DNA of 64,000 nucleotides from Nitrosopumilaceae archaeon (GTDB lineage Archaea > Thermoproteota > Nitrososphaeria > Nitrososphaerales > Nitrosopumilaceae). Of this stretch, positions 48,705 through 59,334 are shown in pieces (position 1 is the stretch's first letter; every line of letters begins with the position of its first letter). Both the position numbers and the translations under genes were made by a program. The stretch covers positions 704,001 to 768,000 of the forward strand of contig CBDBCR010000003.1 in assembly GCA_965203465.1 (NCBI GenBank), written 5' to 3'. A model generated the notes under the pieces. That model searched no databases and was not told the DNA's origin. It saw only the letters and a list, made by a program, of their open reading frames with translations.

Positions 48705-49682
48705 CTATGACATGCGGTTACGGGAACCAAGTCGGGGGACGTACCGGGGACCAGGATCTGTTATGTCTTTGTACACAATTCCCACATATTTCATGGCCCG
48801 CTGTACGTCAGATTCTGTTTCTATGTAAGAACAATAGTTACCCTTACCATAATGGCGCACATTAGAGATATCTAATACGAAATCATTTGGTGGCCAGATG
48901 CGTTTTGTGGTTGCATACACGATTAGGAGCCTGTGTTTGCGGAGAATTACAGAGCAGACCTGTGTGCTATCTTTGAGACGGAATGACGCCCATTTCCTTC
49001 TCTGTACATGTTCGAGTCCAAAATTGACATGCAAGAGACGTTTCAGATCATTGTACAGAGAACGGGTTTGCGGTGTGATTTTGGTGCCTCTGTAGTCACC
49101 TGCAATCCAGGCATCTTCAGAAAGGGAGTCGGAGACGACGGGGCGAGGTTTTGTTCGACGACGCGAGCTAACCGGGGCTCGTTCTTTGCCTGCCACGTTG
49201 ACTTTCGATATTGTCAAGTGGTTCGGGTACCTGCGGATCTCGCAGAGTTCCGTGACGCGCTGACCCACCGAGTTGGACGCTTCGATTTGTTTTTTGGAGA
49301 ATTTCGGCCTTACAAAGATCAAGTACGTTTTTTCCCATCGCACAGATCTCTCTTTTACGACCTTGTTCCGCTTTTCGCTCAGTGCATTACGGCACCTTTC
49401 TTTGTTTTGTTGCAACCTATCGTAGTAGATGGAGACTTGATCGGATATGTCCCTGTTGTCGGCATTCTTGTATTCCATTATAACGAACGCCTTGTCCTTG
49501 TCATCAAAAGCGAGCGCGTCCAGCGTTACATTTCCTATTGGAAACTCACTCTTGATTAGATCCAACCAAGGGAAAAACGTGCCAAAATTTTCTACCACCG
49601 TGCGTTTAATCTCATACTCGCGTTTGAAGCCAACGTGTTCGAGCTCTTTCAAGCCGCCCCTGCCGATCTCAAATATCCTCAA
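48705..49682 (-). CDS. NucS-like PD-(D/E)XK nuclease plus DUF5655-like domain
   Basis: FKREYEI...IKSEFPI...LDALAFD...VIMEYKN...DQVSIY, and C-terminal DISNVRHYGKGNY; low GC. Confidence 0.75.
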   Translation of the reverse strand: MRIFEIGRGGLKELEHVGFKREYEIKRTVVENFGTFFPWLDLIKSEFPIGNVTLDALAFDDKDKAFVIMEYKNADNRDISDQVSIYYDRLQQNKERCRNALSEKRNKVVKERSVRWEKTYLIFVRPKFSKKQIEASNSVGQRVTELCEIRRYPNHLTISKVNVAGKERAPVSSRRRTKPRPVVSDSLSEDAWIAGDYRGTKITPQTRSLYNDLKRLLHVNFGLEHVQRRKWASFRLKDSTQVCSVILRKHRLLIVYATTKRIWPPNDFVLDISNVRHYGKGNYCSYIETESDVQRAMKYVGIVYKDITDPGPRYVPRLGSRNRMS

Positions 49683-49830
49683 CGCTCGCGACTGGAGGCA
49701 GGTGGGTATTTGTGTTTTAGTCGTGACGCCACGCCTGTGTCTAGGCACGACGGGCATAGTCACGAATACGTAACTAGCGGATCTAGGCAGTGCCTAGAAG
49801 GGGTGCCTAGACATAGGCGGCGCCACGGTC

Positions 49831-49847
49831 GACACTGGTGCGAATTC
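49831..49847 (+). mobile_element. Orphan IS6-like left end
   Basis: GACACTGGTGCGAATTC matches the left end at 36930 at 15/17 positions; it is preceded by a cluster of TAGGCAC/GTGCCTAG motifs (49741-49810). Confidence 0.5.
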
Positions 49848-50271
49848 TGGTGTTGCTGGGGGGGGCCGTACCTGGCCTCCACGCATGGATTGAACGATGA
49901 TGTAAAATGGCAGTAGTGGAAAGCGGCGGTTCGTTAGATGGCCGGGTTCGCTACAAGAAGATTCGTAGCCGCAACTTGACAGGCGAAAGGCGTACGCAGA
50001 TCTGCCTTGGCGTTACGGAGGCTGGAGTTTGGGAACCGCGATCGCCCGGCTGCATCCCGCCGCCCTATTAGTCAGATCCGTGGTGGTGCTCACGTAAGAC
50101 TGGATTTGCGGCGGGGCGCCGCGCTCCGCAAATCCGGAGTCGGCGCGCCCTGCCAAGTTCCAGCTTTGCAGGATCGCGCCGTTCCGCCGCCGGGCGTACC
50201 CCGTATTCGGGGGCGCGCTGCAATGATCCCCGGCGTCGGAATTTCGCCGCTGTCCGCCTCGCTGTGAGCGC

Positions 50272-50610
50272 TCAGACGCCCATGCCGAGCGCGATCGTCC
50301 TGCGTATCAGGTACGCCGACGTGGGGCTCAGCGCCGCGACTATGTAGACGCCCAGGATCCAGTCGGACAGCTCGAAAATCTCGTCTATTTGCGCCCCGTC
50401 TAGGATCATGAACGCGATGGCCGAAAGGGCGAAAACCCAGATCAGGCACACGGCTGTCCTTGTCAGCAATTTTTTGATGGCGAGCTCTTCCGTCTGCAGC
50501 GAATCGACCAGTTCGGGCGACGTAGGCATGTCCGGGTGCCCGCCGGATTCCGTCGACATTGCCCCTTTCAGGTCGGATACGGGCTGTTTTGACGACGTGT
50601 CGTCCCCCAT
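50272..50610 (-). CDS. Small two-TM membrane protein (candidate toxin)
   Basis: Two hydrophobic helices (AVCLIWVFALSAIAFMIL and WILGVYIVAALS); 2 nt downstream of the Panacea gene. Confidence 0.65.
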   Translation of the reverse strand: MGDDTSSKQPVSDLKGAMSTESGGHPDMPTSPELVDSLQTEELAIKKLLTRTAVCLIWVFALSAIAFMILDGAQIDEIFELSDWILGVYIVAALSPTSAYLIRRTIALGMGV

Positions 50611-50612
50611 GT

Positions 50613-51155
50613 TCAGGTTTCCCCTGCGTTCGGATCCGGCGCGACGCCGCCGGCCGCGCAGAGCTCCAACCTTTTTTCGTAGTACCGCTTGGTCTCTTCG
50701 TCCGGAATGATGGTGTGGAAGACGCCCGGCTTGTAGTGCTTTTTCCACGGAGTGCCGCTCGCATGGGTGATCGATATGAGGCGCCTGCCCGACAGGGCCC
50801 CGTACACCTCGATGGCGTCGTCTAGTATCGCGCGCCTCTGCTCGTCGATCCGGCTCTCGAAGAACTCCATCCTGTCGGCCAGCTCCGGGCTGCCCGACGC
50901 CGTGTCGCAGTATTCGAGCGACTGTATGGGTTTCTGGCCGTTGTCCCTCAGCGCGAAATACATAGACGGAAAGACCGGCCCGTACCTCCACGCCTGGGCC
51001 TTTTCCCTGATCAGCGGCTTGCCTAGCACCGCAAGCGAGTATCCGTGGGCGATGTACGCCGTTTTGATTACCTGGATCGCGGTCATGCTCGCCCTGCTTT
51101 TCGCTATTATATAGTCGGCGACGAGGGACGCGGAATAGCCCCTGTGAACGACCAT
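50613..51155 (-). CDS. Panacea (DUF4065/SocA) antitoxin
   Basis: SASLVADYII, QVIKTAYIAHG, LIREKAQAWRYGPVFPSMY and LISITHASGTPW. Confidence 0.9.
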   Translation of the reverse strand: MVVHRGYSASLVADYIIAKSRASMTAIQVIKTAYIAHGYSLAVLGKPLIREKAQAWRYGPVFPSMYFALRDNGQKPIQSLEYCDTASGSPELADRMEFFESRIDEQRRAILDDAIEVYGALSGRRLISITHASGTPWKKHYKPGVFHTIIPDEETKRYYEKRLELCAAGGVAPDPNAGET

Positions 51156-51711
51156 GGTGCGCAGGAAAAAAGGCCCTATTAAAAAGTGCGCGCGTGGCGG
51201 CAACAGCTGGCACTGCCCAATTCGCAGGACAGGCTCGGTTTTGCCGCGATCTGGGCCTTAAATAGTGGCGGACGGCCGGCTCGGAATAGCGTTCGCGAGC
51301 ACGGTGCCGAAGCTGTGCGGCGAACCCGAGGCGGCCGCCGAGGCCATCATGCACTGGCGCAACATGTCCCGCAGAGGCGGCGCTCGCGGCCGGCGGCTCC
51401 CCGACCGATCCTGTACGCGGTCGTGTCAAAGGCAGGGAAAAGTGCAACCCGGGCGAGAAGCTCAGGGCCTGAAGCCACGGCACTCCCGCCAGGCCGCTAT
51501 CGGAGTGCGCCTCCTAGCCCGGTACTGGTACTGCGCGTTCAGGCCCGCGCCCCGCGCCGTAGCAGGAATTATAACCGCCGCACGGGGCCTCACGCCTGCA
51601 TGGCTGGGCTGAAAGAGCGCGCAAAGCCGCCCGCCGAACGCGCGGGGCCGCCCGGATCGAGCATGTCCGGGATCGTGTGGGACGGAGGCGCCGATCGCGC
51701 GGCGCCGTGCG

Positions 51712-51765
51712 CTAGAACAGTCGATCTAGAACAGTCGATCTAGAACAGTCGATACCGAACAGTCG
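51712..51765. repeat. 14-bp tandem repeat CTAGAACAGTCGAT (3 copies plus a degenerate fourth)
   Basis: Seen directly; the array introduces a TAG into the ORF starting at 51600. Confidence 0.9.
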
Positions 51766-51828
51766 CCCCCTTTTACTGCGCCGCGATCACGGCGGCCGCG
51801 GCGATTCCGCCCAATATTTGTCGTCCGG

Positions 51829-54240
51829 GTGGGCCCCCTGACGGGCCGAGCCGAGCCCGCGGGCGCCGCGGCCCGCAGGCTCCTCAACCCGCCCTCGAAA
51901 AAAGAGGCCGACCGCCGGGCGTACATCAGGGCCTGGCTGGATTCCATCGGCGTGCCCGAATCTTCGATACGGGCAGAGTACCACACGAAGGCGGGCCCCA
52001 TAGATCTCTACCTCACGAACAGGCGGGTCATCATCGAAGTGAAGCAGAGCGGCGCCTCGACGGCGGCCCGGACCGGCCCGGCACCGGATCCAAGACGAAC
52101 GAGACGGCCTTTGAGCAGCTGGACAGGTACGTGCGGGCAGAGCGCCTGAGGGAGCGCCTGTACCTAGAGGACGGCATAACCGACTCGACGTGGCTTGGCG
52201 CCGTGACGGACGGCGCGGTATGGTACGTCTGGGAGTGGGATCCGCAGCCGTCGGAGATCGAGGGCGCGCCGCGGCCCGTGCGGATGTGGCAGGGGCAGGG
52301 GCTCAATTCGGGCAACCTGGGCAGGCTCGCGGGCCTGTTCGACAGGGAGTCGGTGGGCAGGGAATGGGCCACCCCGGACATGTCGCACGCGTTCTCGGAC
52401 ATACTGGAGAGCATGCACGAGCGCTACGGCCAGCTGAGGGGAACCGGGTCCGTCAGGACGCAGCGCGGCCTGTGGCTGGAGCAGCTGAAGGGCGGCGGGA
52501 ACTCGCCGGAGGGCGAGGAGGGCAGGCTATTCGTGCTCCATTCGCTGCTCATACTGATCTCCAAGCTGATTTCGTCGGAGACCGATCCGCGCGAGGGTTT
52601 CGTGCAGTGGGTCCCGGACTCCGAGATAGGCAGGCTGGCCGAGATTATATGCTCGGAAATAATAGACGACGGGTTCATAGAGGAGCAGATACGCAAGTTC
52701 GAGTCGGGCGGGGCTGTCTCGGGGGTGCTCGATCCGGCGTGCGGGTCCGGCACGTTCCTGTACCACGCCGCCAGGCGCGTCATGGAGTCCGGGCCGGTCC
52801 GCGCGTCGTACTTGGGCAGGGAAAAGATCGCCGCCCTGGTCTGCCGGATGATCCGCGGGATGGACATACACCCGGTGGCCGTGGAGATGGCCAAAGCGAA
52901 CATGCGCAGGCTGCTCCCGCGGGCCAGCCACGGAGACGTCATCGTGTACCAGGGGGACGCCCTGCTGACCCCGCGCCCGGAAGCCGCGCTCTTCGGCTAC
53001 TCCGGCAGCGCCCTCCCGCTCAGCTCGCCCAAGGGCCTGCACCTGGTGCTCCCCGGGTGGTTCGTGCTATCGGACAGCGGGGACATATCGAGGTTCGTAG
53101 AATCCGCGTGCGACGACACGGCCATGCCCCCCTCGCTCGGCGTGGACGTGCGGGGCTACGATCGGGGGCAGCTGGCCTGCGCGCACGATCAGTTGCGGAA
53201 AATAGTCCGGGAAGAGTCCGACGGGGTCTGGTTCTGGTACATACTCAACCAGGCCGGCCCCATGAGGCTACGCGGCACGATAGGCAGGACGGTGTCCAAC
53301 CCGCCGTGGGTCTCGTACGACAAGATCCAAGAGGCGCGCAGAAAGGAGGAGATCAGGAGGATGGCCGAAGAGCGCCGCCTGTGGGTGGGCGGCAAGAACA
53401 ACAGGTTCGACCTGGCCGCGCTCTTCGTGGACAGGTGCCCCGAGCTGTACGAAACGGCCGGGGCCAAGTCCGCGTGGGTGCTCCCCCGAAGCGCTATGCG
53501 CGCCGACACGTGGAAGGGCCTGCGCGACAAGGCCGGCAAAAAGATGTCCGGCTCGTGGGATTTGGGGAACCTGCCGTTCAGCACCAATTCGTGCGTCGTG
53601 TTTTTCGGGCACAAGACCAGGGACAGAAAACTCTCGAGGACCGGCGGAAAACTGCGGGCCAGCGATTCTTGGGAAGCGGTTTCCGGAAAGACGGAGTGGT
53701 CAAAGGCCGGCGCGTCCTTTGCCGAAAGGTGCTCCGAATGGACGGACGGGAGGGGCAGGAATCTCGCCAGAAAGGGCGCCTCGATAATACCGCACTGCCT
53801 GGTGTGGGCAGGCTCCGTGACGGCGAGCGGGGGCACGGCGCGCGTGAGGACCAAGCCGGCCCGGTGGCCCCCGTGGAGGGATCTGGGGGTGATGGATGGC
53901 GACGTGCCCGAATCGTGGATACGCGACTGCGCGTCCGCCGGCGACCTCGCGCCGTACTCGGTGCCGGGCGTGACGCGGTGCGTGCTGCCCATCGACGGCG
54001 ACGGCTGGGACGCGGGCAGAGGCCGCTTCAGGTTCTGGAGGGACGCGCGGGATCAGTACGCAGCGCACAGGGGCGCGGGCGCCCACACGCCGAAAACGCT
54101 GGAGGCCCGGCTGGACTTCAACGGGGCGATTTTCAAGCAGCTGGGGCGCACCGGCGAGCACGTCGCCTACAACAAGGCCGGCAGCACGCTGTACGCGGCG
54201 AGAATCCCGAACAAGAGGATAATACACGACACCCTGTACT
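51829..54240 (+). pseudogene. Type IIG-like fused restriction-methyltransferase, frameshifted (about 52050) and truncated by an IS
   Basis: GPIDLYL...IIEVK nuclease motif, AFEQLDRY, VTDG..W, VLDPACGSGTF, GMDIHPVAV and SNPPW; ends at the IS terminus at 54241. Confidence 0.85.
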
Positions 54241-54268
54241 GGAAGCATGTAATCTCCGTCAGTTGTGC

Positions 54269-54463
54269 CTAGCGCTGGCCCTTGGCGGCGGTTACCTCTA
54301 TTTTGCCGCGCACGATCCTGTACGTTATGCGGGAGGGGCGGCCCAGCCTCTCCATGATCGGCTTCGGGAGGTACCCCTGGCAGCCGCGCGCCTCGTTGTA
54401 GGTGACGCTGACCGTGAACTCGGTTGCGTCCTTTTGCCACTTGGTCAGGTCAATTCTGGGCAC
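54269..54463 (-). CDS. AbrB-like small DNA-binding protein
   Basis: MPRIDLTKWQKDATEFTVSVTYNEARGCQGYLPKPIMERLGRPSRITYRIVRGKIEV. Confidence 0.65.
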   Translation of the reverse strand: MPRIDLTKWQKDATEFTVSVTYNEARGCQGYLPKPIMERLGRPSRITYRIVRGKIEVTAAKGQR

Positions 54464-54535
54464 GCATTTTGTTAAAAATATTTTGTTCACGTGGTTATAT
54501 GCTAGTCCGACCGGGATTCGGGCACGGACAGGAAA

Positions 54536-55671
54536 ATGGCCGCGCTGAGGCGGGTAGGCGGCGGCGGAAAGCCGGTAAAGAGGGGCGGGTTGGTGCGGCA
54601 CAGCCCCTACCACTATTCGGTCCCGTCCAGCTCTACTAGGCGGAAGCACGCCGTGGTCAGATCGGGCGACTCGTGGCACTGCACGTGCCTTTCGTACGGC
54701 TACCGCCACGGCACCTGCAAGCACATCGCGGCAGTAAAGGCCGCGTTCGACACGGCAGAGCCGGCCGGCGAGCCGTCCGAGCCGGTGGTGGTGCGCCACA
54801 TAGAGCAGGGCACGTGCCCCAAATGCGGCTCGGCCAACTCGAAAAAGGACGGCGTGCGCTACAACAAAAAGTACAAGAACCAGAAATACAAGTGCCGCGA
54901 CTGCGGCAACTGTTTTTCCGGAAACGCCGGGATGGGCAACACCGTGCTTCCGCCAGAACACGTGATCGATGTCATGCAGCTGTCCGCCTCGGGCCTGTCG
55001 TACGCCAAGATAGCGGCGTTCCTAGCCGTAAAAGGCGTGCGCGTGTGCGTAAAAACCGCATGCAATACGGCCCACCGCTTCTCCGAAATCCTGATCGAAT
55101 ACTGCGATCAGCTGCGCCCCCGCGTCTCCGAGGCGCGTGGAGAAGCGACGAAAAGCACGTCAAGTCGCAGGACGGCCCGTCGTGGGCCCACACCGTGATG
55201 GACAACGAGACCAGGTTCGCGCTTGCGGCTATGCTGGCGCCCAAAAAAGGCGAAGGCGACATCTCGGAGGTGTTCGTGGCCGCGGCCGTGCGGGCCGGCA
55301 AGGTCCCCCACATGCTGATCTCGGACGCGTCCAAGTCTATACACGCGGCGTGGAAAAAGTGCTACCGGGCGCGCACCAAGCTGCAGAAGAGCACCGCGCA
55401 CGCGTCGAGCGTCCACCTTGCCGGCAACATGAACAACAACATGATGGAGAGGTTCAACCGCGAGCTCGGCGAGCGCGTGCACGGCGCGCGGTTCGTCTCG
55501 GAACGGGCGGTCGTCGCCATGGTGGAGCGCGCCCGCCTGTTCTACAACTTTTTCCACAAGCACTCGGGCCTGGGCGACAGGACGCCGGCCGAGGCGGCCG
55601 GCATCGTCGTCGAGGGCGACAAGTGGACCACGCTGCTGCGCAACGCGCACGCCTGGAAGCTGGCCGGGTGA
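54536..55671 (+). pseudogene. IS6/IS240-like transposase with SWIM finger and zinc ribbon, frameshift near 55135
   Basis: CTC....CKH (SWIM), CPKCGS...KYKCRDCG, WRSDE, LISD, NNNMMERFN and FYNF..H.GL..RTPAEAAG. Confidence 0.85.
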
Positions 55672-55860
55672 CCGGCGGGCGCGGCGCGGGCGGCCTGAAT
55701 CCGTGCGGGTTTGCGCGCGCGCAGGCCGCTCCGGCGGCTTCCCGGCCCGCTCGGGGCGCGGTTTTCTGGATCATGACGGCATCCGCAGGACGGTCTTGCG
55801 CCCGATCTGTCCGGGTAGATCCCGCTCAGTCAATCTAGCAGACGAATACTACATGCTTCC

Positions 55861-56096
55861 CCCACCACGTGCTCGAACCTGCTGGTCGTGGCGCCCGGGT
55901 ACGTCATGTACGCCATGGAGTTCTGCCGCACCCTGTGTAGCCTCACAAAGAGCGGCAGTTGGATCAGATCGTATTCTGCGCAGGTCATCGGCACGTATCC
56001 GTGGACCGGATCCTTGATCACCCGCGCAGTCTCGATCTTGGTGATTTGCACGGCGCGTTTGCCGCGCGTTCTGTAATAAGTGTAGATCTGGTCCAT
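55861..56096 (-). pseudogene. HD-superfamily phosphohydrolase (dNTPase/SAMHD1-like), N-terminal fragment truncated by the IS
   Basis: IKDPVHGY...LFVRLHRVRQ...YPGATTSRFEH..G, cut off by the IS right end. Confidence 0.85.
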
Positions 56097-56217
56097 AGTA
56101 CCGAAAACCGACCGCCGGGCGGACTTGGCCGTTCCGGCGGGCACGGAGAATTTTGCCTAGCCCGCCACACGCCATGCAAGCGCGGTGCAGTCTTCCACGA
56201 TCGGTAGAATAGACGGC

Positions 56218-59200
56218 CTACCGTTTCTTCCGTTTGGCGATGGTATCCGAGAGGCGCTCGACGACCTCGTCCTTTCTGGATCCAAGACCCAGCACGTCAA
56301 ACACCGCCCCGTCCAGCCTGTCTTGATCCAGCGTCTTGCAGTACGACTTCCACGCCTTGGCCATTTGGTTCCTGCCCGCCGCGTCCAAGACCGCCATGTC
56401 GGGCACCTGCATCATCGCATAGTCTTCGACCTGCATCTTCAACGCGCCCCCTCCCATGGGGTGACCCACGACTTCCATGTGAAGCGAAAACATCGACGAC
56501 CGGATGTATGCGAGAAGAGGGTGCAGGTGCGTGCTGTCGCGGGCCTCGAAACAGACCCAGGTATCCAGCGCGCCGAACCTGGTGGTGCCGACTCCGTCTC
56601 CGTTTTCGACCACCTTGTGCCTGTCGTTGCTGATGGCGCTCAAAAACGCATCCGGCGTCCCCCGCGTGTTCATGTAAAACCAGAACCGCTTTTTCCTGAG
56701 AGTCGGCGATTCTGCCGGTATCTTGCCAGACCCGTCGGGGAACTTTCTGGTCTCGCCTTCCCTGATGTACCTGATCAGTCCTTTTGCGTCCTTGTCGCGC
56801 AGGAGATCGGCCATTGGCGAAGTCACTGCCAGAATGTACTTGCCCGCGTCGCTGTTGCGCACTTTTCCGCTTATCGTCGACTTGGGCAGCAGGACGGGAT
56901 GGAGGAACTTTTCGTGTATGCCGTACTCTTCAATTGTGTCGGCGCCAATCACAAAGTAGCTGTTAAATTTGGTAGATACGCCGCTGAACAACTTGCCCGT
57001 CTTGCCGAGCGCGGACATTTTCACCGCGGGTTCGGGTACGGCATCCATGAAGTGTACTGCCCACTTTTCGTCCCCGAACTCGTTCTGGCCCTTTTTCTTG
57101 TATGCAAGGTTTGAAAACAGGCCTCCCTCGTTCACGGCCGCGTATCTGACGACGTTGTTTCTGCTCCTCCCCTTCGTCAGTATCGTGATCACCGTCTTTA
57201 CGTCTATGTTCTTGAACACGTTGTAGTCCGGCTTTAGCATGACGTTGATGTCGCAGTTGTCCGCGAGCATTCTCTTGAGGGACTTGCCGTACGAGAAGCT
57301 CATCCAGCTGTCGCTCACGATGAACCCCAGCCTCCCGCCTGCCTTTAGCCAGTTCAGCGAATGGTAGTAAAAGTACGACGACTTGTCGGCCTTCTTGTCT
57401 ACGAGTCCCGCGCCTTTCAGCGTGTTGTTTCTGGGCAGCTGCATGCAGTCCTTGTCGGAGAGCCGCTCCTGCCTCACGTACGGCGGGTTTCCGATTACGA
57501 CATCAAAGCCGGGCATGACTCCCACCACGTGGTCCTTGTTGGCGCAGACCTGGGGAAAGCCGCGCTCGCCGGCCCAGTCGAACGGACGCTCGCCCCCGGC
57601 GCTGCGCGTCAGGATGGTGTTCCCCCGCCGTATGTTCTTCGACAGATCCGGAAGCTTTCTTCTGCTTCCCGCGATTTTGAAGAACATCGCAATCCTCGAT
57701 ATTTCGACGGACTGCTCGTTTATGTCGATGCCGAATATGCATTCCTCGATTATTTTTCTGGCCACGCTCTGTTCAAACGCCATCCCGAACGTCTCGTTTT
57801 TTGACGCGGCCCCCTTCTTGCCGCCCAATTCGACCTCGTACGCGCCCGCGTCTTTCTTCTGCTCCAGTATCTCGTTGTGCACGTCGAGCAACACGTCGAC
57901 GGCCTTCACCAAAAACGCGCCGGAGCCGCAAGCCGGATCGAGTATCCTTATCGACCTCAGTCTTTCCTCGAGTGCGCCCAATTCTCCGTCGTACTGCTCT
58001 ATGAGATCGCGGGTGCTCGTGGTGTCGGGTTTTCTCGCCAGGTACGGGATTATGGTCTGCCTGCACACATAGTCCGTGACGTACGGAGGCGTGTAGTACA
58101 CACCCATCTTCTTCCTCTCGGACGCGTCCGCATCCATGAGCCTGTCAAGATCGTCGAGCGACTGTTCGAATATGTGGCCGAGTATGTTTACGGTCAAATC
58201 TGACTCGAAATCATACCGCAGCATCGAAAGCACGCCGGTTATGATCGGGCTGAGGTTCTTTTCAAGTACGTCGATCTGATCTTTGGCGTACTTGAGTTCC
58301 TTTTCCGCGGTGTTCGGAAAGTACTCCTTGGGCCGCATGTCCAGGAACTGTGCTTTGACAGGCCACGACTTTGTGAACAGGCCTCCGTTGAACGCGAAAA
58401 CGTCCGGGTTTTTGTGTCCCTCCGCGAACCACCTGAACACCTTGTCCATGGCGTTGAAGACCACGCTGGTCGAGCCGTCGATCTTTTTGTTCCCGATGCT
58501 TTTCTTGATCTGATCGTACAGCAGGCGTCTGCCTACATAATCGTTGGATTCTGCGAACATCACGAAGATCAGGCGGTTCAAGAATGACTGCGCCTGGTCT
58601 ACGGCGGTGCTTCGGTCCACGCAACCCTCGAACTCTTTTACGAGCATGAGGCGCGTTCGGTGGAATATGTCGTAGAATTCCTCCTCGAGATCCTTCTCGA
58701 TCTCGTCCGCCGTCGCCCGGGTCGCTTCCAGCGAATTTTCGCCGATCATGTGCGCCTTTGAGAATATCCAGACGAACTCCTTCAGCCGGTATTCGCTGTC
58801 CCGTATGGACGAGAATTCGAACTCGTAATGCTGGCACCGGCCGACATCGTACTTGAACAGGATGAATTTGTCATAGTCGGTCACGATCCCGTACTTTGGT
58901 ATGATCTCCGACATGTACCACCACAGCTGGCCGACGGCTCCGTTCTTGTTCTGTGGCGTAGGCTTCCACAGGTCCGTGCCTTGTCCCTTGGCTTCTATGC
59001 AGACGGCTGTTTTTCCGTCCGGACCGGCAATCTGGAACTCGATGTCGTTCTGCTGGAACTTTACGTCGTCCGTCAGCGAATAACCCAGCACGCCCTCGAG
59101 TATGATTTTCTGGAAATTCGTGTAGTTCAACTCCTCCTTTTTCAACTTGCCCCTCTCGAGCATGTCCAGCCACTTGTCTTTGGCCTTCTTGGCGGCCCTG

Positions 59201-59277
59201 TCCAACGCGACGTTTTCAGACAGTTTTCTGATCGCCCTGCGATTCAGCAGCGTGTTTTGCGACGCCACCGCGATCAC
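56218..59277 (-). CDS. Type IIG (Eco57I-like) fused restriction endonuclease-m6A methyltransferase
   Basis: IEAK, GIVTDY, FNGGLF, LGHIFEQS, RKKMGVYYTP, ILDPACGSGAF, FDVVIGNPPYVRQE and a C-terminal TRD; intact 1019-aa ORF. Confidence 0.92.
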   Translation of the reverse strand: MIAVASQNTLLNRRAIRKLSENVALDRAAKKAKDKWLDMLERGKLKKEELNYTNFQKIILEGVLGYSLTDDVKFQQNDIEFQIAGPDGKTAVCIEAKGQGTDLWKPTPQNKNGAVGQLWWYMSEIIPKYGIVTDYDKFILFKYDVGRCQHYEFEFSSIRDSEYRLKEFVWIFSKAHMIGENSLEATRATADEIEKDLEEEFYDIFHRTRLMLVKEFEGCVDRSTAVDQAQSFLNRLIFVMFAESNDYVGRRLLYDQIKKSIGNKKIDGSTSVVFNAMDKVFRWFAEGHKNPDVFAFNGGLFTKSWPVKAQFLDMRPKEYFPNTAEKELKYAKDQIDVLEKNLSPIITGVLSMLRYDFESDLTVNILGHIFEQSLDDLDRLMDADASERKKMGVYYTPPYVTDYVCRQTIIPYLARKPDTTSTRDLIEQYDGELGALEERLRSIRILDPACGSGAFLVKAVDVLLDVHNEILEQKKDAGAYEVELGGKKGAASKNETFGMAFEQSVARKIIEECIFGIDINEQSVEISRIAMFFKIAGSRRKLPDLSKNIRRGNTILTRSAGGERPFDWAGERGFPQVCANKDHVVGVMPGFDVVIGNPPYVRQERLSDKDCMQLPRNNTLKGAGLVDKKADKSSYFYYHSLNWLKAGGRLGFIVSDSWMSFSYGKSLKRMLADNCDINVMLKPDYNVFKNIDVKTVITILTKGRSRNNVVRYAAVNEGGLFSNLAYKKKGQNEFGDEKWAVHFMDAVPEPAVKMSALGKTGKLFSGVSTKFNSYFVIGADTIEEYGIHEKFLHPVLLPKSTISGKVRNSDAGKYILAVTSPMADLLRDKDAKGLIRYIREGETRKFPDGSGKIPAESPTLRKKRFWFYMNTRGTPDAFLSAISNDRHKVVENGDGVGTTRFGALDTWVCFEARDSTHLHPLLAYIRSSMFSLHMEVVGHPMGGGALKMQVEDYAMMQVPDMAVLDAAGRNQMAKAWKSYCKTLDQDRLDGAVFDVLGLGSRKDEVVERLSDTIAKRKKR

Positions 59278-59334
59278 CAGATCCCGCCGTGCGGAACTGC
59301 CCGCACTACAAATATGGAGGAGGAATCTGGTTCG

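Larger units (their letters stand above)
54241..55860 (+). mobile_element. IS6-like element with SWIM/zinc-ribbon DDE transposase and a divergent AbrB-like passenger
   Basis: 20-bp TIR GGAAGCATGTAATCTCCGTC versus GGAAGCATGTAGTATTCGTC (17/20); no TSD; both flanking genes are cut exactly at the ends. Confidence 0.9.

Noticed and set aside
49850-50270. tRNA or integration site
   Set aside because: No cloverleaf or T-loop consensus found by eye, and no integrase in the window.
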